DNA of 64,000 nucleotides from Thelocarpon superellum (Eukaryota): NCBI GenBank assembly GCA_026025795.1, contig JAPEUG010000009.1, positions 1 to 64,000 of the forward strand, read 5' to 3'. Shown piece by piece: positions 1 to 11,663 of this stretch (position 1 is its first letter; each line of letters starts with the position of its first letter). The notes under the pieces were generated by a model. It saw only the letters and a program-made list of their open reading frames with translations, ran no database searches and was not told where the DNA came from. The position numbers and the translations under genes were made by a program.

Positions 1-163
1 CGTCGCCCCCTCGGAGAAGCTGCCGCACTTGGCCGGCCAGGCTCTGCACGTCGCTGCTCGAGGCCGGGAGAAGGGCGGGGCTGAGGGAAGAGACGTCGAA
101 GTTCGAGGGGGAGTCGGGGTCCAGGGCGTCGATGTTGATGAGGCGGTAGTTTTGGAGCGCCAT
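1..163 (-). CDS. ARC15: Arp2/3 complex subunit 5 (ARPC5/Arc15), N-terminal part; runs off window start
   Basis: Manual translation from ATG 163: MALQNYRLINIDALDPDSPSNFDVSSLSPALLPASSSDVQSLAGQVRQLLRGGD, the typical fungal Arc15 N-terminus (YRxINIDALD ... RQLLRGGD). Not in the ORF track. Confidence 0.9.
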   Translation of the reverse strand, partial: MALQNYRLINIDALDPDSPSNFDVSSLSPALLPASSSDVQSLAGQVRQLLRGGD

Positions 164-730
164 CGTGCTGAGATGGGCGGGTTGGTGCGGGGTGGAGGGA
201 GGGGTTCCTGGCGCGGCTGCAATCCAAACTCCCCAGCTCGGTCGATTGGCGAGGAGATGGGGGGGAGCTGCAGTGCGCAGCTCTTGTGTCGCTGGCTCGG
301 GCTGACTCCCTGCCTGGGGTGGGGCCCTGATGGCAGACGGCTTACAGTTACGCGTGGAGGGGCACGCCCTCCGAGACGAACAACCCCGCTGGTTTTCTTG
401 TGGCATGCTACATCCCGAACCCCGCCACTTCTACTGAATAATGAAGTTCCCTTGTGGTCCACATTTGATCACGGCCAGCACCATCGCGTGGGGAGGTCGT
501 GTTGGGATGGAGAAGCTTGATAGATTGCTCAACTGCCTTAATCGGACTTTTCGCTATCTTGGATGCTCGGTCATTCCGTCGCCATCACCAACTCATTTCA
601 TCTTCGGCTCGATTCGTCGTTTACTCGAACCATCGCATGTTCACTTCCGACGCCGAATCGCTTGCATCCCCTACCTTTGTGCGCCATGATATCTATGTGC
701 TTCTGAGATGGCATGCGGTTCTTCTGTCGT

Positions 731-1399
731 CTAGTTGGCCGAACAACTGAAATCGGTCCCATAATATCCATAGTCGTAGTTGCAGTAAATGTCGCTGCTG
801 ATGATGCAGGGTGCAATCCATGAACCCTTCCAGAAGTAGTCCAGGGTTGAGTTGATGGTCACATTCTCTGGACGTTGCAATTGAGCGTTGACGGCCCCAT
901 TCTCTGAACTGCTGGCGGTATTTGCGTCTTGTGCCGTCGCAAGTGACGCGTTTGCAGACTTCTGTGGATGGTCATGAGCCGTGGCACTACTTCGTGACAC
1001 TTCGCAGGACAATCTTGCCACACTTACCAACACGAAATCCGTCAAATTGGCGAGGCAAGACTGTAGGCGGGAGGCATTGGCGCCCGCGCTTTGGCCTGCA
1101 ACGACTTCAAAGATCACTCGCGCATCCGCATACCAGATATTGACGAGATGCTCGGCAAGAGTCGCGTTGTAGTTTGGGATCACAGTAGTGTTTTGGCCGC
1201 TGAGAACGTCTAATCCATTTTCGATATCACTGGTGGTGCCAATTGGCACAACGCATGACATTTCCTACGCCGTCCGCACCACCTTGGTCCTCGTCCAATT
1301 TCCAGCCAGTTCGGCATTTGTTTTGTCCTGGTACCCGTTGTCGGCCGATACCACCGCGGCTGCCAGTGGCAGAAAGAAGAGGGCCTGCCGAAGCTGCAT
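731..1399 (-). pseudogene. Orphan secreted Cys-containing glycoprotein gene with an in-frame TAG (pseudogene, or intact via a weak intron)
   Basis: Signal-peptide-like MQLRQALFFLPLAAAVVSA at 1399 is in frame with ORF 731-1261 but separated from it by TAG at 1265-1267. Many N-x-S/T sequons, a Cys-rich C-terminus and a probable in-frame 66-nt GTAAGT..CAG intron. Confidence 0.55.
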
Positions 1400-3547
1400 C
1401 GTACGAATGCTATTGCATAGAGAGATCGAGTGAAAATGATGGGCAGGATATCAAGTTGATGGACTGGAGAGCCCAAGTTGATGAATAGACGGGTGTTATA
1501 AGCACGGGGGACGCAGATAACGGGAAACATCACTTGATTTGTACCATTACCGTCATGAAGCTTCTCCGCTTCAAGCATGTTGGCGTCCATCTCAACCACT
1601 ACCGAACTCATGCGGAAGATAAATTTAGGTCCACTGTTCAGGCATCACATTGATCATGTGGCGAAGACGGATGATATTAGCAGCTGGAGTGTTTCGGATG
1701 CTCTCGGTGCATCGGCAGCGTCTACTAGATGCATGATATGCCTAGGTTAGGGCAGTCTTCATGCCAATCTACGCCAAGGGCAAGGTAGTAATTACGATAC
1801 TGCGAATACTATTGCATATGAGCATCGTCGTTTACAGATGGGTCGGACGAGAAATGTCTCTGATCCAGAATCGGACAGGTTGCGGAACATCGAGATCCAT
1901 TGAGCCCCTCCATGGTCGGGGATGGGAGGCGACGTGGAAAGTGAGCCAGGACGAAGAATCGGACTCACGCTGACGAAGATTGAAATCGACGCGAAAGGCC
2001 TCGAGCGAAGGTGACCGCAAGGCGCCGCCGGACCCGCACGGATAGCCTTGGTAGCCCTTCGCGGGTCCAGCAAGGTTTATGGGGGCCCTCGGTCACACCG
2101 GAGCATTGAAACCCATGTCATTCGAAACGACCTCGACATGTCATGTCTCTTTTGACACCCTCCGTCAGATGTCCAAGAGCACGGCATGGGGGGCCGTACC
2201 GTCGCCAACACTGAAGTGCCCGACCGCCACCCTTCCACAATGCTCCACAGCAGCGAAGAGTCGCACCTTGTGGGAGCACAGGAGGTCGTCGAAGAAGGCG
2301 ATCATGTCCATGTCCGGCTTGCAGGTGCAGACCTCGAGCCTCGACCCGACCGGTCATCTGGCGAAGGCTCGGTGGAGCCAGTCCTTGAACCGTGCTGGCG
2401 TCGACATGTTCGTGCGATGTAGCGAGACGACGTCGTATCGACGGAGATGGTGTCACCTGGCGTGATGGGATGAGGAGGTGGAGAGATGCGAGGGAAAAAG
2501 TGGACGCTGGGCCGTCCTGTTCTGTGCCTGGAGCCGCCCACGATACACCATTGCGTGTACATTGTACTCGGCCTATCGCAGTGCGGGAATGCTTTACACG
2601 ATGCGCTCGCACTCGCACATCCACCCACGCCATCAGATGAACAGACGTTACACTGCTGGCCGGAGGGTAAGCGAGTGGCTGCAGCACAGACTTTGCTCCC
2701 TGCAACACCCGGGCCATTCCACCGCCTCACATCCCGGTCCGCGCACCCTTTCCATCTCCAGTCATCATGCAGTCCGGACCACGGACCCGACACGGCGGGA
2801 GATAAGCTTGGTCTATTGCTACAGCGTCTTACATAAGTCTTCTTGCTCCCTTTCCCCCCTGCTGTGCTGGGCTCACGGGTAGTGGTACAAAGAGCTTGAG
2901 ATTCGGAACCAGTCCTTCTCACTCCACGTCAATTCCTCCAACGGGCCTTGCCTCGTCGATCCCACCCTGCGCTGATGTGAGGTCGCAAGTGAGTCGAGGG
3001 CCGACTGCCGAACCGCTGGCCCATTCCGAGCGTCGATGGCATGATCCTTGCCCAGAGCGGCCTTCCCTCCCTCCCAGCCAACGCAAAGCGCGATGAATCA
3101 AAGTCTATTCCCAGCCCAGAATCCGGAAGCCACGGTCCACCCCCGAAGGTATCCCCACTCTTTTCAGAACGCCGGCGAAGAAGCACAAGAAACGACTTTT
3201 GGTGCGGGTACAGAGCGCGAGGAATGAAGCAAGGAGAACAGTCGCTAACGTCGTTGGGCGCCGCGGAGGTGGTGAAAATGCTGAGGCGAGCCGTGGAGGC
3301 TCCGTCCGCAGGTCGCTCTGTCGCGTCAAAGTATTATACGGATAAGGGGCGTATCGCTACGTCGAAAAGGTCTATGCTGCTTTGGTGGTAGACGAAGGAG
3401 ATCGATGCAAGTCTGGACGGGGGTCGGGTCCAGAGGGCGCTAGTCCGAGGGACCCGGAGACGGCAGGTAGAGCGGAAGGATGAAGGCAGCCCGACGACGA
3501 CGTCCGCGCGCATGGCGTGGCGGGGGCGAGCTCGCTATCCCGGCGGC

Positions 3548-3613
3548 TTATCTGGGCTTCGGTGGCGGCGGTGGCTTCGGCACACCCGTGGTGTCATATG
3601 CGCCACGGCCCAT
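3548..3613 (-). CDS. Candidate micropeptide, 21 aa: MGRGAYDTTGVPKPPPPPKPR
   Basis: ATG in strong context (GAACATGG) 39 nt after a canonical intron (3653-3730); mostly G/C third positions; ends TAA. In-frame upstream ATGs at 3628 and 3643 have weaker contexts. Confidence 0.6.
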   Translation of the reverse strand: MGRGAYDTTGVPKPPPPPKPR

Positions 3614-3652
3614 GTTCACCGACGGCATCTCTCGGAGTATCATGAGGAGAAT

Positions 3653-3730
3653 CTATGACGCATGTCAGCGGAATGACTCGGAAGGCGCGGCGTGGGTGCG
3701 CGGCGCGGGATGCGCACATGGCCGACTCAC
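3653..3730 (-). other. Spliceosomal intron upstream of the micropeptide ORF
   Basis: GTGAGT donor at 3730, GCTGAC branch site at 3669-3664, CATAG acceptor ending 3653; 78 nt. Confidence 0.75.
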
Positions 3731-4121
3731 TCCGCGTGGGGTGGGGAACCAGAGGCGATCGTGACTCAGGGGAGTCCAAGGGCGGCAGCTGCCAGCCAAC
3801 ACAGGTGCAGTGCGAGCCTCTTTGGAGGAGGCGGTAGGTGTGAAGGAGCAGGTTAGTGTCGGCTCGGTGTCGAGGGAGACGTGGGTTATTAAGGCGACCG
3901 GCCAGTCCCGCGTTGGTCGAGGTGATGTCTTGCGACAATGTCTGAGACAGTGGAAGCCGACTGATGCTGCGTGGGTCGAGGCAAGGACAGGTGCGCGAGC
4001 GGGAAGCCGGCAAGGTGAGAAAAGCAATAATACAAACAGGAAGAAGAGGAGCTGGAGAGAAGGGAGGGGAGAGGTAATGTGCGTCAGGAAAAAGCCGGGA
4101 CCCGAGCGCACGCTGAGCGAC

Positions 4122-4127
4122 TATATA
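4122..4127 (-). promoter_or_regulatory. Putative TATA box of the micropeptide transcript
   Basis: TATATA followed about 50 nt downstream (minus strand) by a CT-rich tract typical of fungal transcription start regions. Confidence 0.35.
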
Positions 4128-4362
4128 CCTCCACCCATGGATGGACCACGGTTCGGTAGGCTCCGGCGTGGCGTGGTGCGGTTGCGGTTGCGGTAACATG
4201 CCAAGGGTCCCTGTTGCGTCGTAGTCGCCGCGGTGGTGGGCAGGAGCAGGAACGAACAACTCGTAAAGAAAAAAAAAGACGAGAAATGAAATTAACTGCC
4301 CATGCCTTCCCTTGATTTGTGTCGCCCACGCTCCCCACTTTCCCTACGGTCCCCGGCCCCGT

Positions 4363-4364
<2 letters not shown>

Positions 4365-4394
<30 letters not shown>
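4365..4394. repeat. (GCC)10 microsatellite
   Basis: Directly visible, within a very GC-rich non-coding stretch. Confidence 0.95.
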
Positions 4395-4396
<2 letters not shown>

Positions 4397-7300
4397 TGCT
4401 GCGCCCGCGCCCGCGCCCACGGCCGCGCGCGCCCGTCGCCAGCCCCAGCAAGCATCAGCAGCGTACCACCGCTGGCCGGACCAGGGTTGTCTGACGGGTT
4501 CCGGGCTCCCGGGGGCCTGGCGGGCAGCCGGGCAGCCGGGCTGAACGGGCGGGCGGGCACCCACGCTGCTCCATTCGCCGCAAGAGCAGCGGACTCTGAT
4601 CGCGTAGGGTGCCAGTAATATGACGCACAACGCCGCCGCACAACGGGCCAGGGCCACGGGTGGAGCAAAGACCACCGGGCATATCGGGAGAGAAACAATG
4701 GCCCGGTTTCAGCGAGAGAAATCCTGCCCCTAACGATAGGCGCTAGGGCGTTCGCCGCACCGACCCAGTGGCAGCTATCAGAGCTCCACGCGATTTCCTT
4801 CTTTCCTCGGCTCACCCTACAGAGGACGGTGCGGCGCCGGCATGACCCCGACCGCAACCCCGACCCCGACCGCAACGACTCAACGCAGCCGCCCGCGCCG
4901 CATGCGCCCTGCCCACGTTCCGTCCAGGCCTCCTGGATTCCCCCGGCCACGGTCTCGGCGCTGGCCCTGGTCTCGCGCTCAGGTCGGGACGGGTACAAGG
5001 ACGAGTACGGGAACAAGAAGGGCCCTGCGGCAACGTCAGGTCACGGTGGCGCGGTAAGCTGGGGCGCGCTCGGCAGCCTGCACCTGCGATCTGCAAGCTG
5101 CCCGACTGCACGCCGCACGCCGCGCTGCATGCTGCGGGCGGTAGGGCCGTGGTCGCAAACTTCAACTACTCTAGCCGAGCCCAATCTTTAGAGTTCGCAA
5201 TAGGGCGCGATGGGGAGGCACGCCGTCGCTGGTACCTGCAGCCTCGGGCCAGCGGCCAGGGTGTTCTCGCTCTGTTCCATGCGACAACAGGGATCACTAG
5301 CCCCGAGCGAACAGTGGCTTCTAGCCTAGAGTCTTAGCTGCCCACCCACTCGTCCTCACCAAGTGACTCCTCCGACAAGTAGCCGTCCGTAGTGGCGAAC
5401 CTAAGATCCTGACAGCGGCTACTCCTACACCATTCACCAGCCAAGCTCGGCCTTCAGCCAAGCTCGGCCTTCATCCAAGCACTCGGAGTGTGGCACGAGG
5501 ATGGGATGAGGATGGGACGAGCACACATACATGAAGGACCTGGCCGGCCACGCTCGACCCCGATGACGGTCTTTAGTGCGCATCAACCTCTAGACCGAGT
5601 CATGATAGTCGTCGTGAGGGCATGTCACCAGCAGCATGATGCTTTCGGCCACGCCTGTCAAGGAGGGATCGTGCGGCTGACCGCTGCGCCGGTCTTCATG
5701 CGATTGACGACGCTGGAACACCTCATCTGTAAGCCCATGACCGAGCGTTGCAACACGTCAGAACAGTATGATTAAAATGTGCCTCGCCGATGGGACATCG
5801 CATTAGTCTCTCTCGCTGCGTGGTTTCAACGGGACCCTCCACCGTGACGTAAGACCTTGTTCGACCGTGAGTGCCCATCGCGTGTCCTAGCAGAAGCAGG
5901 TGCGACGCTCTCAGTGCTCTCGGCTTGTCACGCAGAAGGGGCGCATAATTATCAGCAATGCCGTCGAATTCAGCTCGAAGGAGTGCGTCGGCTGAATCGT
6001 GGCGGAGAATAGCAAACGATCGGAATGTGGCAGCGCGCGAAGCCGAATCGGCGGCGGCTTCGGCATGGTTGCAGCTTGTCCAAGAACGCGCCACCGGTCT
6101 TTCCAGAACACTCGGTGCCCTTCTTCGTGCCTAGATGCATCTTGAGATCCCCCGTCGGGTACATCCTGGCAGTCATGCAGCTGCCCGTTATCATCGCGAG
6201 GTCTAGATCAGTGTTGGCCCAGGCCTGCGTCCAAGGGACCATGACCCGACACGTATTTTGGTCCTGACCAAATGGAGGCTTGAAACGCCATGTCCAGACG
6301 GACGGACGGACTGATCGCCCACCCTATGTTGTAGCTCCGCTAGCTGGTGATCCTGTACGTGTCTGGGCACGGATGGGGCAAGGGCAAGCGAAAGGTGTCG
6401 GAGAGATCAGAGTGCACGGACACTTTTTCTACGTCGGCGGCCTGCGCCGTTCTCAAAGTGAAGAGCACGGACTGGCAAAGGTCATGCGTGCTTGTGGAGG
6501 TACAAGTATTCCCTGCGGCAATCCAGTACATGAGGTGTCGGACCAGGCTCTGTAACCGTCGGGGTGCTGTAGCGCCCGCAGAGCGACTGAACCGCTTCCA
6601 GTCTCAGGGACATTACTTCTTGTGAGAGGTGATTAATAGGGCGCGGTGAAAATTACCGGGTTCTACGGCAGTCTTTACCCGTACGTGAAAGGTCTGTCTT
6701 CCACGTCGTCACGCAATCTTGCAGTCCAGGTAACACGCCTCTAGCCTTCCCAACAACCTGGGCCCGGATCGATCAAGCATCCGCTGCATGGATGGCCCTT
6801 GTGGCGTAACTACGAGTACGAGTCGTTAGATCGCACGACTGATTCTGGTCCACGTAGTGTCCAAGTAACATAGTGCATCGTCTCTTCGCACAGATAGCAT
6901 GGCCTGGCGCCGCAGCTATTCTCATCGATTCGGGGCACCGGGACGAGGGGATGAAGGCACGCGGAGGTGGGCGGCCGTCCGTGGCACGATCCCGACGCCG
7001 CCACGACGCAGACTAGACCCGCGGTCTCGGGAGGCCATCCTGGGCGCCCCATCCATACCAACTCTAACTAAGATCGATGTTTCCATGCAGCTACTCGTAC
7101 TTGCCCTCGTCCCGAGCCTCATTCCACGCGGCCGCGGCCTCTTCGGTAAGTTACTCCGTGCATGCCGTCGACTGACTCGTTCTCGCTCCTCGCCAGATCT
7201 GTTGCATTTGCCACATTCTCCAATCCACCAACAACTCTCGCGGCCCATCGGGCCCCGTCCGTCTGGCGTCCCGGTAGTCCCTGAAAGCCGGCTGAGTATG

Positions 7301-8697
7301 GAAGATAGCAGCGACGCTAATTTGATTTCCATCGCTGGGCTGCTCGAACTCGTACTTGTCCTCGTACTCGTCCTCCACGGTTTGACTTTGATCGGGAAGT
7401 GGATTCCGCGGCAAGCACCCCACAAAAGACAATTTGCGACCGCACTAATGACCCATCGTGGACTTCCCGGTGGACCACGGCGTGTTGGGAGCTTCGCAAG
7501 CGCGAACGCTAATGGCCGCGGAGAGTTTGTAGCCTGCAGCGACCGCGACCCGGAAATTTGTCGAGACGACGGGACCCCTTTCTTAGGGAGCTCAGCAGGG
7601 CGGGCGCTTGACTGGTAGAAGCCACGGGTCCCCGCTAGGTGCAGGTTTGCCACATGGCTTTGGCTCCATCCCAAGCGCACGGAACCATCGAAGTCGATTC
7701 GCAGGGTTTGCCTCGTTGGTACGAGTACTAGGACTCGTACGATTGCTTTCACGAGTACGAGTGCTTGGTCCTCTCCCGCCACCCTAGCTGCTCACGCAAG
7801 CGGGTTTGAAGAAGCTATTCTGTAACGGAGGCTAAGGTAATGTTGAGGCTGAAATTACTCCACAGGCTGCAATTCCTCCCATCGTCGTCGACAGCAGTTG
7901 AGGCTGCCGATGACGAAATTTTCTGGAACCTGGCCTCGAACTTACCTCATGCTCACACTTCACCTCGGACGTATCACGCGGGTCCACAACGGTGAGTTAT
8001 GAGGTCGGCCTACGCAAGGGGATCTGATGGAGTTCCTATGAGACTCGGACGACGACGGAGGAAGGTGGGGTTTGGCGATGTCCACGAGTCTAGACCGAGA
8101 AGTGGCAAACGTTGATGCCCGTCAGGGCGAAAATGAGAGAATTTCCACGACTATGTGGATGTTGACCGGATACTTCAGGAGGGAAGATAAGTGCTGGCTG
8201 CTCTGCAAGATCTGGGACGTCGGCCGTCGTGTAGTGCTTAGGCAGATGTCAGTAGAAGCGTCTCTCCAAGGTCGCAATATCTCCACGTTCTCAGGAGTGG
8301 AGCAGACTGAGAATAGTATCCTCTCGACTCTTCAAAACGGCGCGTGGAAGGGTGACTCGGCTCGCCGTTGTAACTGTGCTCCGCAAACTACCTAGCTCAC
8401 CTGCCACATGACACGCTAACTTCATTCGGTACAACATCGTCGTCATGTCTTGGCAGATGGCTACCCATGGACGACTCGTAGGCTACCTTCCAACGCCATC
8501 CCAGCGGTACCATCGTCATTTGCCCGCCGACAACGAGACCATCCCCTCCTCCTAGTCTTGTCCTGGTTCCTGATCGGCGGCGCGAGTACTCTCCAGCTGC
8601 AGCTGTCCAGCTGCCACGCCATCCGCCGTCCGATTTCGCCGCCGTCCAAGAGCGCTGGTCGACGTCCCACCTGTGTCCCCCGCTCTCGGACGTGCCG

Positions 8698-9601
8698 ATG
8701 TCAGACCCCGCCGCGGGCAGTGCCACAGCCAAGCCCAGCAGCAGTGTAAAACTGGTCCTGCTGGGTGAAGCTGCCGTGGGCAAGGTCCGTCACATCCTTG
8801 CGCCTATGGCGATGGATGGCAGGGAGCTGATCGGCCTACAGTCTTCGCTCGTCCTGCGGTTCGTCAACAATGACTTTCAAGAAAACAAAGAGCCCACGAT
8901 CGGAGGTCGGTGCCGTCTTGGGTCATGACGCACACGAAGGCGTCGTGGACCGCTTCGATGGAGTTCCATGTCGCTGACGTGCTGTAGCGGCCTTCCTGAC
9001 CCAGAAATGCTCACTTCCAACCCGAACCATCAAGTTTGAGATTTGGGATACCGCGGGCCAAGAACGCTTCGCCTCGCTCGCGCCGATGTATTATCGAAAT
9101 GCACAGTCAGCGCTGGTGGTCTACGATCTTACGAAGCCCACGTCATTGATCAAAGCCAAACACTGGGTGGCGGAATTGCAGCGGCAGGCCTCGCCCGGCA
9201 TCGTCATTGCCCTCGTGGGGAATAAGTTGGATCTGACCAACGACGCTGGAGCGAGTGGCGATGGTGCTAGCGGCGCTCCACGGGATGGCGCCGACGAAGG
9301 ACTGGAGGGTGCCGAGGATGACGGGAGTGGGGACGCCCGGAAGGTTCCGACAGCCGAAGCCAAGGCGTATGCGCAGGAGGAGGGGCTGCTCTTCTTCGAG
9401 ACCAGTGCCAAGACCGGCGTGAATGTGACCGAGGTCTTCACTGCCATTGCAAACGCCATTCCAGAGAGCACGTTGAAGGGCGCCCGAGGAGCCGGAGCTG
9501 GCCAAACTGGGCTCGGGGGTCGGGGCGAGACGGATCAATCTCGGGTCAACCTGACCGGTCCAAGAGGCGAAGCGGGAGCGAAGGACGGGTGTGCGTGCTG
9601 A
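8698..9601 (+). CDS. VPS21: Rab5-family endosomal GTPase (Vps21/Ypt51-like), 3 exons
   Basis: GEAAVGKS P-loop, KEPTIGAAF, WDTAGQE, LAPMYYR, GNKLD, ETSAK and C-terminal CAC prenylation motif; introns 8785-8841 and 8906-8987. Confidence 0.93.
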
Positions 9602-10625
9602 TGGTAGCCTAAAAACGACCGCGTCGGTCAAGTGTTGCGCTTACTGCCAAGATTGTTCGCCCGCTCTTTTTCGCATCAGGAATTCGTTCCGCTGGAATCT
9701 TGACGGTAGAGATAAAATGTGACATCATCGCTATACAGCCTCTGTTGAATCCCCGCTCCGTGAGACTCCGTCACAACTATCGTCGCACCGGAAATCGGCC
9801 TGACCTTGTTTGCATGCGATTTTCAGTCGACATGATGAATGTCACACTCCTCGGCCATGTTTTCATCCTTTTCGCACCTGAGTCGGCTAATGAGGGGGGT
9901 CATGTGGCCATGTTATCAGGAGTGCTCCTCGCCATCTACCTGCAAACAGGAAGGACTCCAGATTATCTCTGGACCGAGACTGACCGCCCTCACGAACAGA
10001 TCATGACAGGTACAGCAATCAGGGCCCCCCCCCGTTCCGAGAACAGGTAGGCGGGCGCATTCTATACAATCTCGGCATACCTGTCTCCTACAAAGGACCC
10101 TTTCACGCATATCGAGTGCGTGCAATCAAGCGCAGAGATGGGGGTGCGCAGACCAGTGTCTGCGATTGTCAGGTTTCTGCAGTCTGTCGATCCGAAAACC
10201 ATCATCGATCTGATGACCTCTCAGGTTGCGCGGGGAAAGTATAGACAGACACCTTCAAGCATTGCACGCCGCCACCAGGCACTTGCCCCATCGTGGTGAT
10301 GTGGCGTGGCCGTGGCGCAACGCATCCTCTGGCTTCTCTTGACTGCAGGAAAACATGCAACATCCTTTCCTCGAGCGCGTCTGTTGAATGCAATACAAGA
10401 CCAGAATGCAGAACTCCCGCGCCTGTTTGGGTCAACACGTGAAGTGGACGCTTGACTTCAGCGCCCGTTACGCCTCAGCTCATGCATCTTTTGTCACTCC
10501 ATTGCATATGGATCAAGGGTGACTGGCAGGGACGAGATGGAGAGTCTGCCACGTCCCTGGGCTGTACGCTGCTGTTTGACAGATGCGCTGCCATTCCAAG
10601 ACGCATGGGAAAGACCCTGGTCCAC

Positions 10626-10995
10626 ATGGTTGCGGCTTCGTCTTCACTTTCAACGGGCGTCCTCCTGGTGTTTCGTTTCCTTCTCGACGTGAAAGGTCAA
10701 AGTCATTACAGTTCCGAATATGCCAGTGATTGCCAAATCGACCCCCCAGAAACCGCACCGTGATTGCGAGGTCGTGGCGTGGTGCGACGACCAGAAACGG
10801 AAATGACAGAGCATATGGGACAACGTCCAGGGGGGATGCGACATCAAGAACGTAAAAAGTTGTTTGTGGCCACTCGGCGACGATCCAAATCAGCTCAACT
10901 TCCGCGAGGACCTCCCAACGGCCAAGGAGTACGTCGAAAGGGCAATCAAGAAAGCGTCCGGTGTCTCGCTGAACTGCCATCTGTGGCTTGTATGA
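10626..10995 (+). pseudogene. Degraded small secreted Cys-rich protein gene
   Basis: Hydrophobic N-terminus (MVAASSSLSTGVLLVFRFLLDVKGQ). Allowing a +1 frameshift in the C6 run 10742-10747 and an in-frame TGA at 10804-10806 gives a ~120-aa protein-like reading ending ...VERAIKKASGVSLNCHLWLV*. Confidence 0.5.
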
Positions 10996-11663
10996 GGCAG
11001 GGATGAAAACTGGGCGCTTGACTCGTCCCTGGGTTGCAACGCGTCTTCAATCCGCTCCCTCGACAACTTCTAATGCCTGTCTCTTTCAATATCTGATTTT
11101 TGGTCGGCTCTGTGAGCCCGTGTTTGTGGATTAGGTGCTGTTGGATGAGTTTCAAACGTTCCGAGCGCGCCGCCGGCATGAAGGAGGTCGTTGTGCGGGA
11201 GTATGCGTTCCGCTTTTCGAGTCCGGGGCCCGTCATTGGCTGTATCTGAATAGCGAACCAAGGCGATAGAGTGGAGCCTGTTCGAGACTTTGTAGCTCTT
11301 CGTGAGTCAGGTCTTGTTGATCGTAGATAGTCTCGCAGCCGTGTGAACCTCCTATCGTCGTTGTGATTTCGATGCGCCGCAGGAGGGTCTGGATGGCACT
11401 TTCCAGAGGAAACAAAAGTCCAGAACGACACTAATGACCACACGAGACGCCGGAATTTCTCCAATGCACGCTGATCATTTCTGCATCAACACCCTAACGC
11501 CGCCGCTGGAGGCATAAGGTGTCTAACAAACAAATTTTCTTGTCGCTATTGCCAAAAAGACTGACCCAGTTGAAGCATCAGCCATACGCGCTTTGCTGGC
11601 CCAGCTCGCCCTGGCTGCGTGGCGATGAAGCGTAGAAAGGCCAGAGGAACGAGGGGTCCATCG

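Noticed and set aside
4084..5191. Overlapping Arg/Pro/Ala-rich ORFs in all frames
   Set aside because: Result of very high GC content and the GCC repeat; interpreted as regulatory DNA.
6130..6625. LVILYVSGHG segment resembling a caspase-like His motif, after an intron-like 6253-6334
   Set aside because: No downstream catalytic DxC motif and flanking stops; too weak to call.
10180..10250. CTGATGA...GAAA hammerhead-like core
   Set aside because: Stem II and the NUH/stem III pairing cannot be formed properly.
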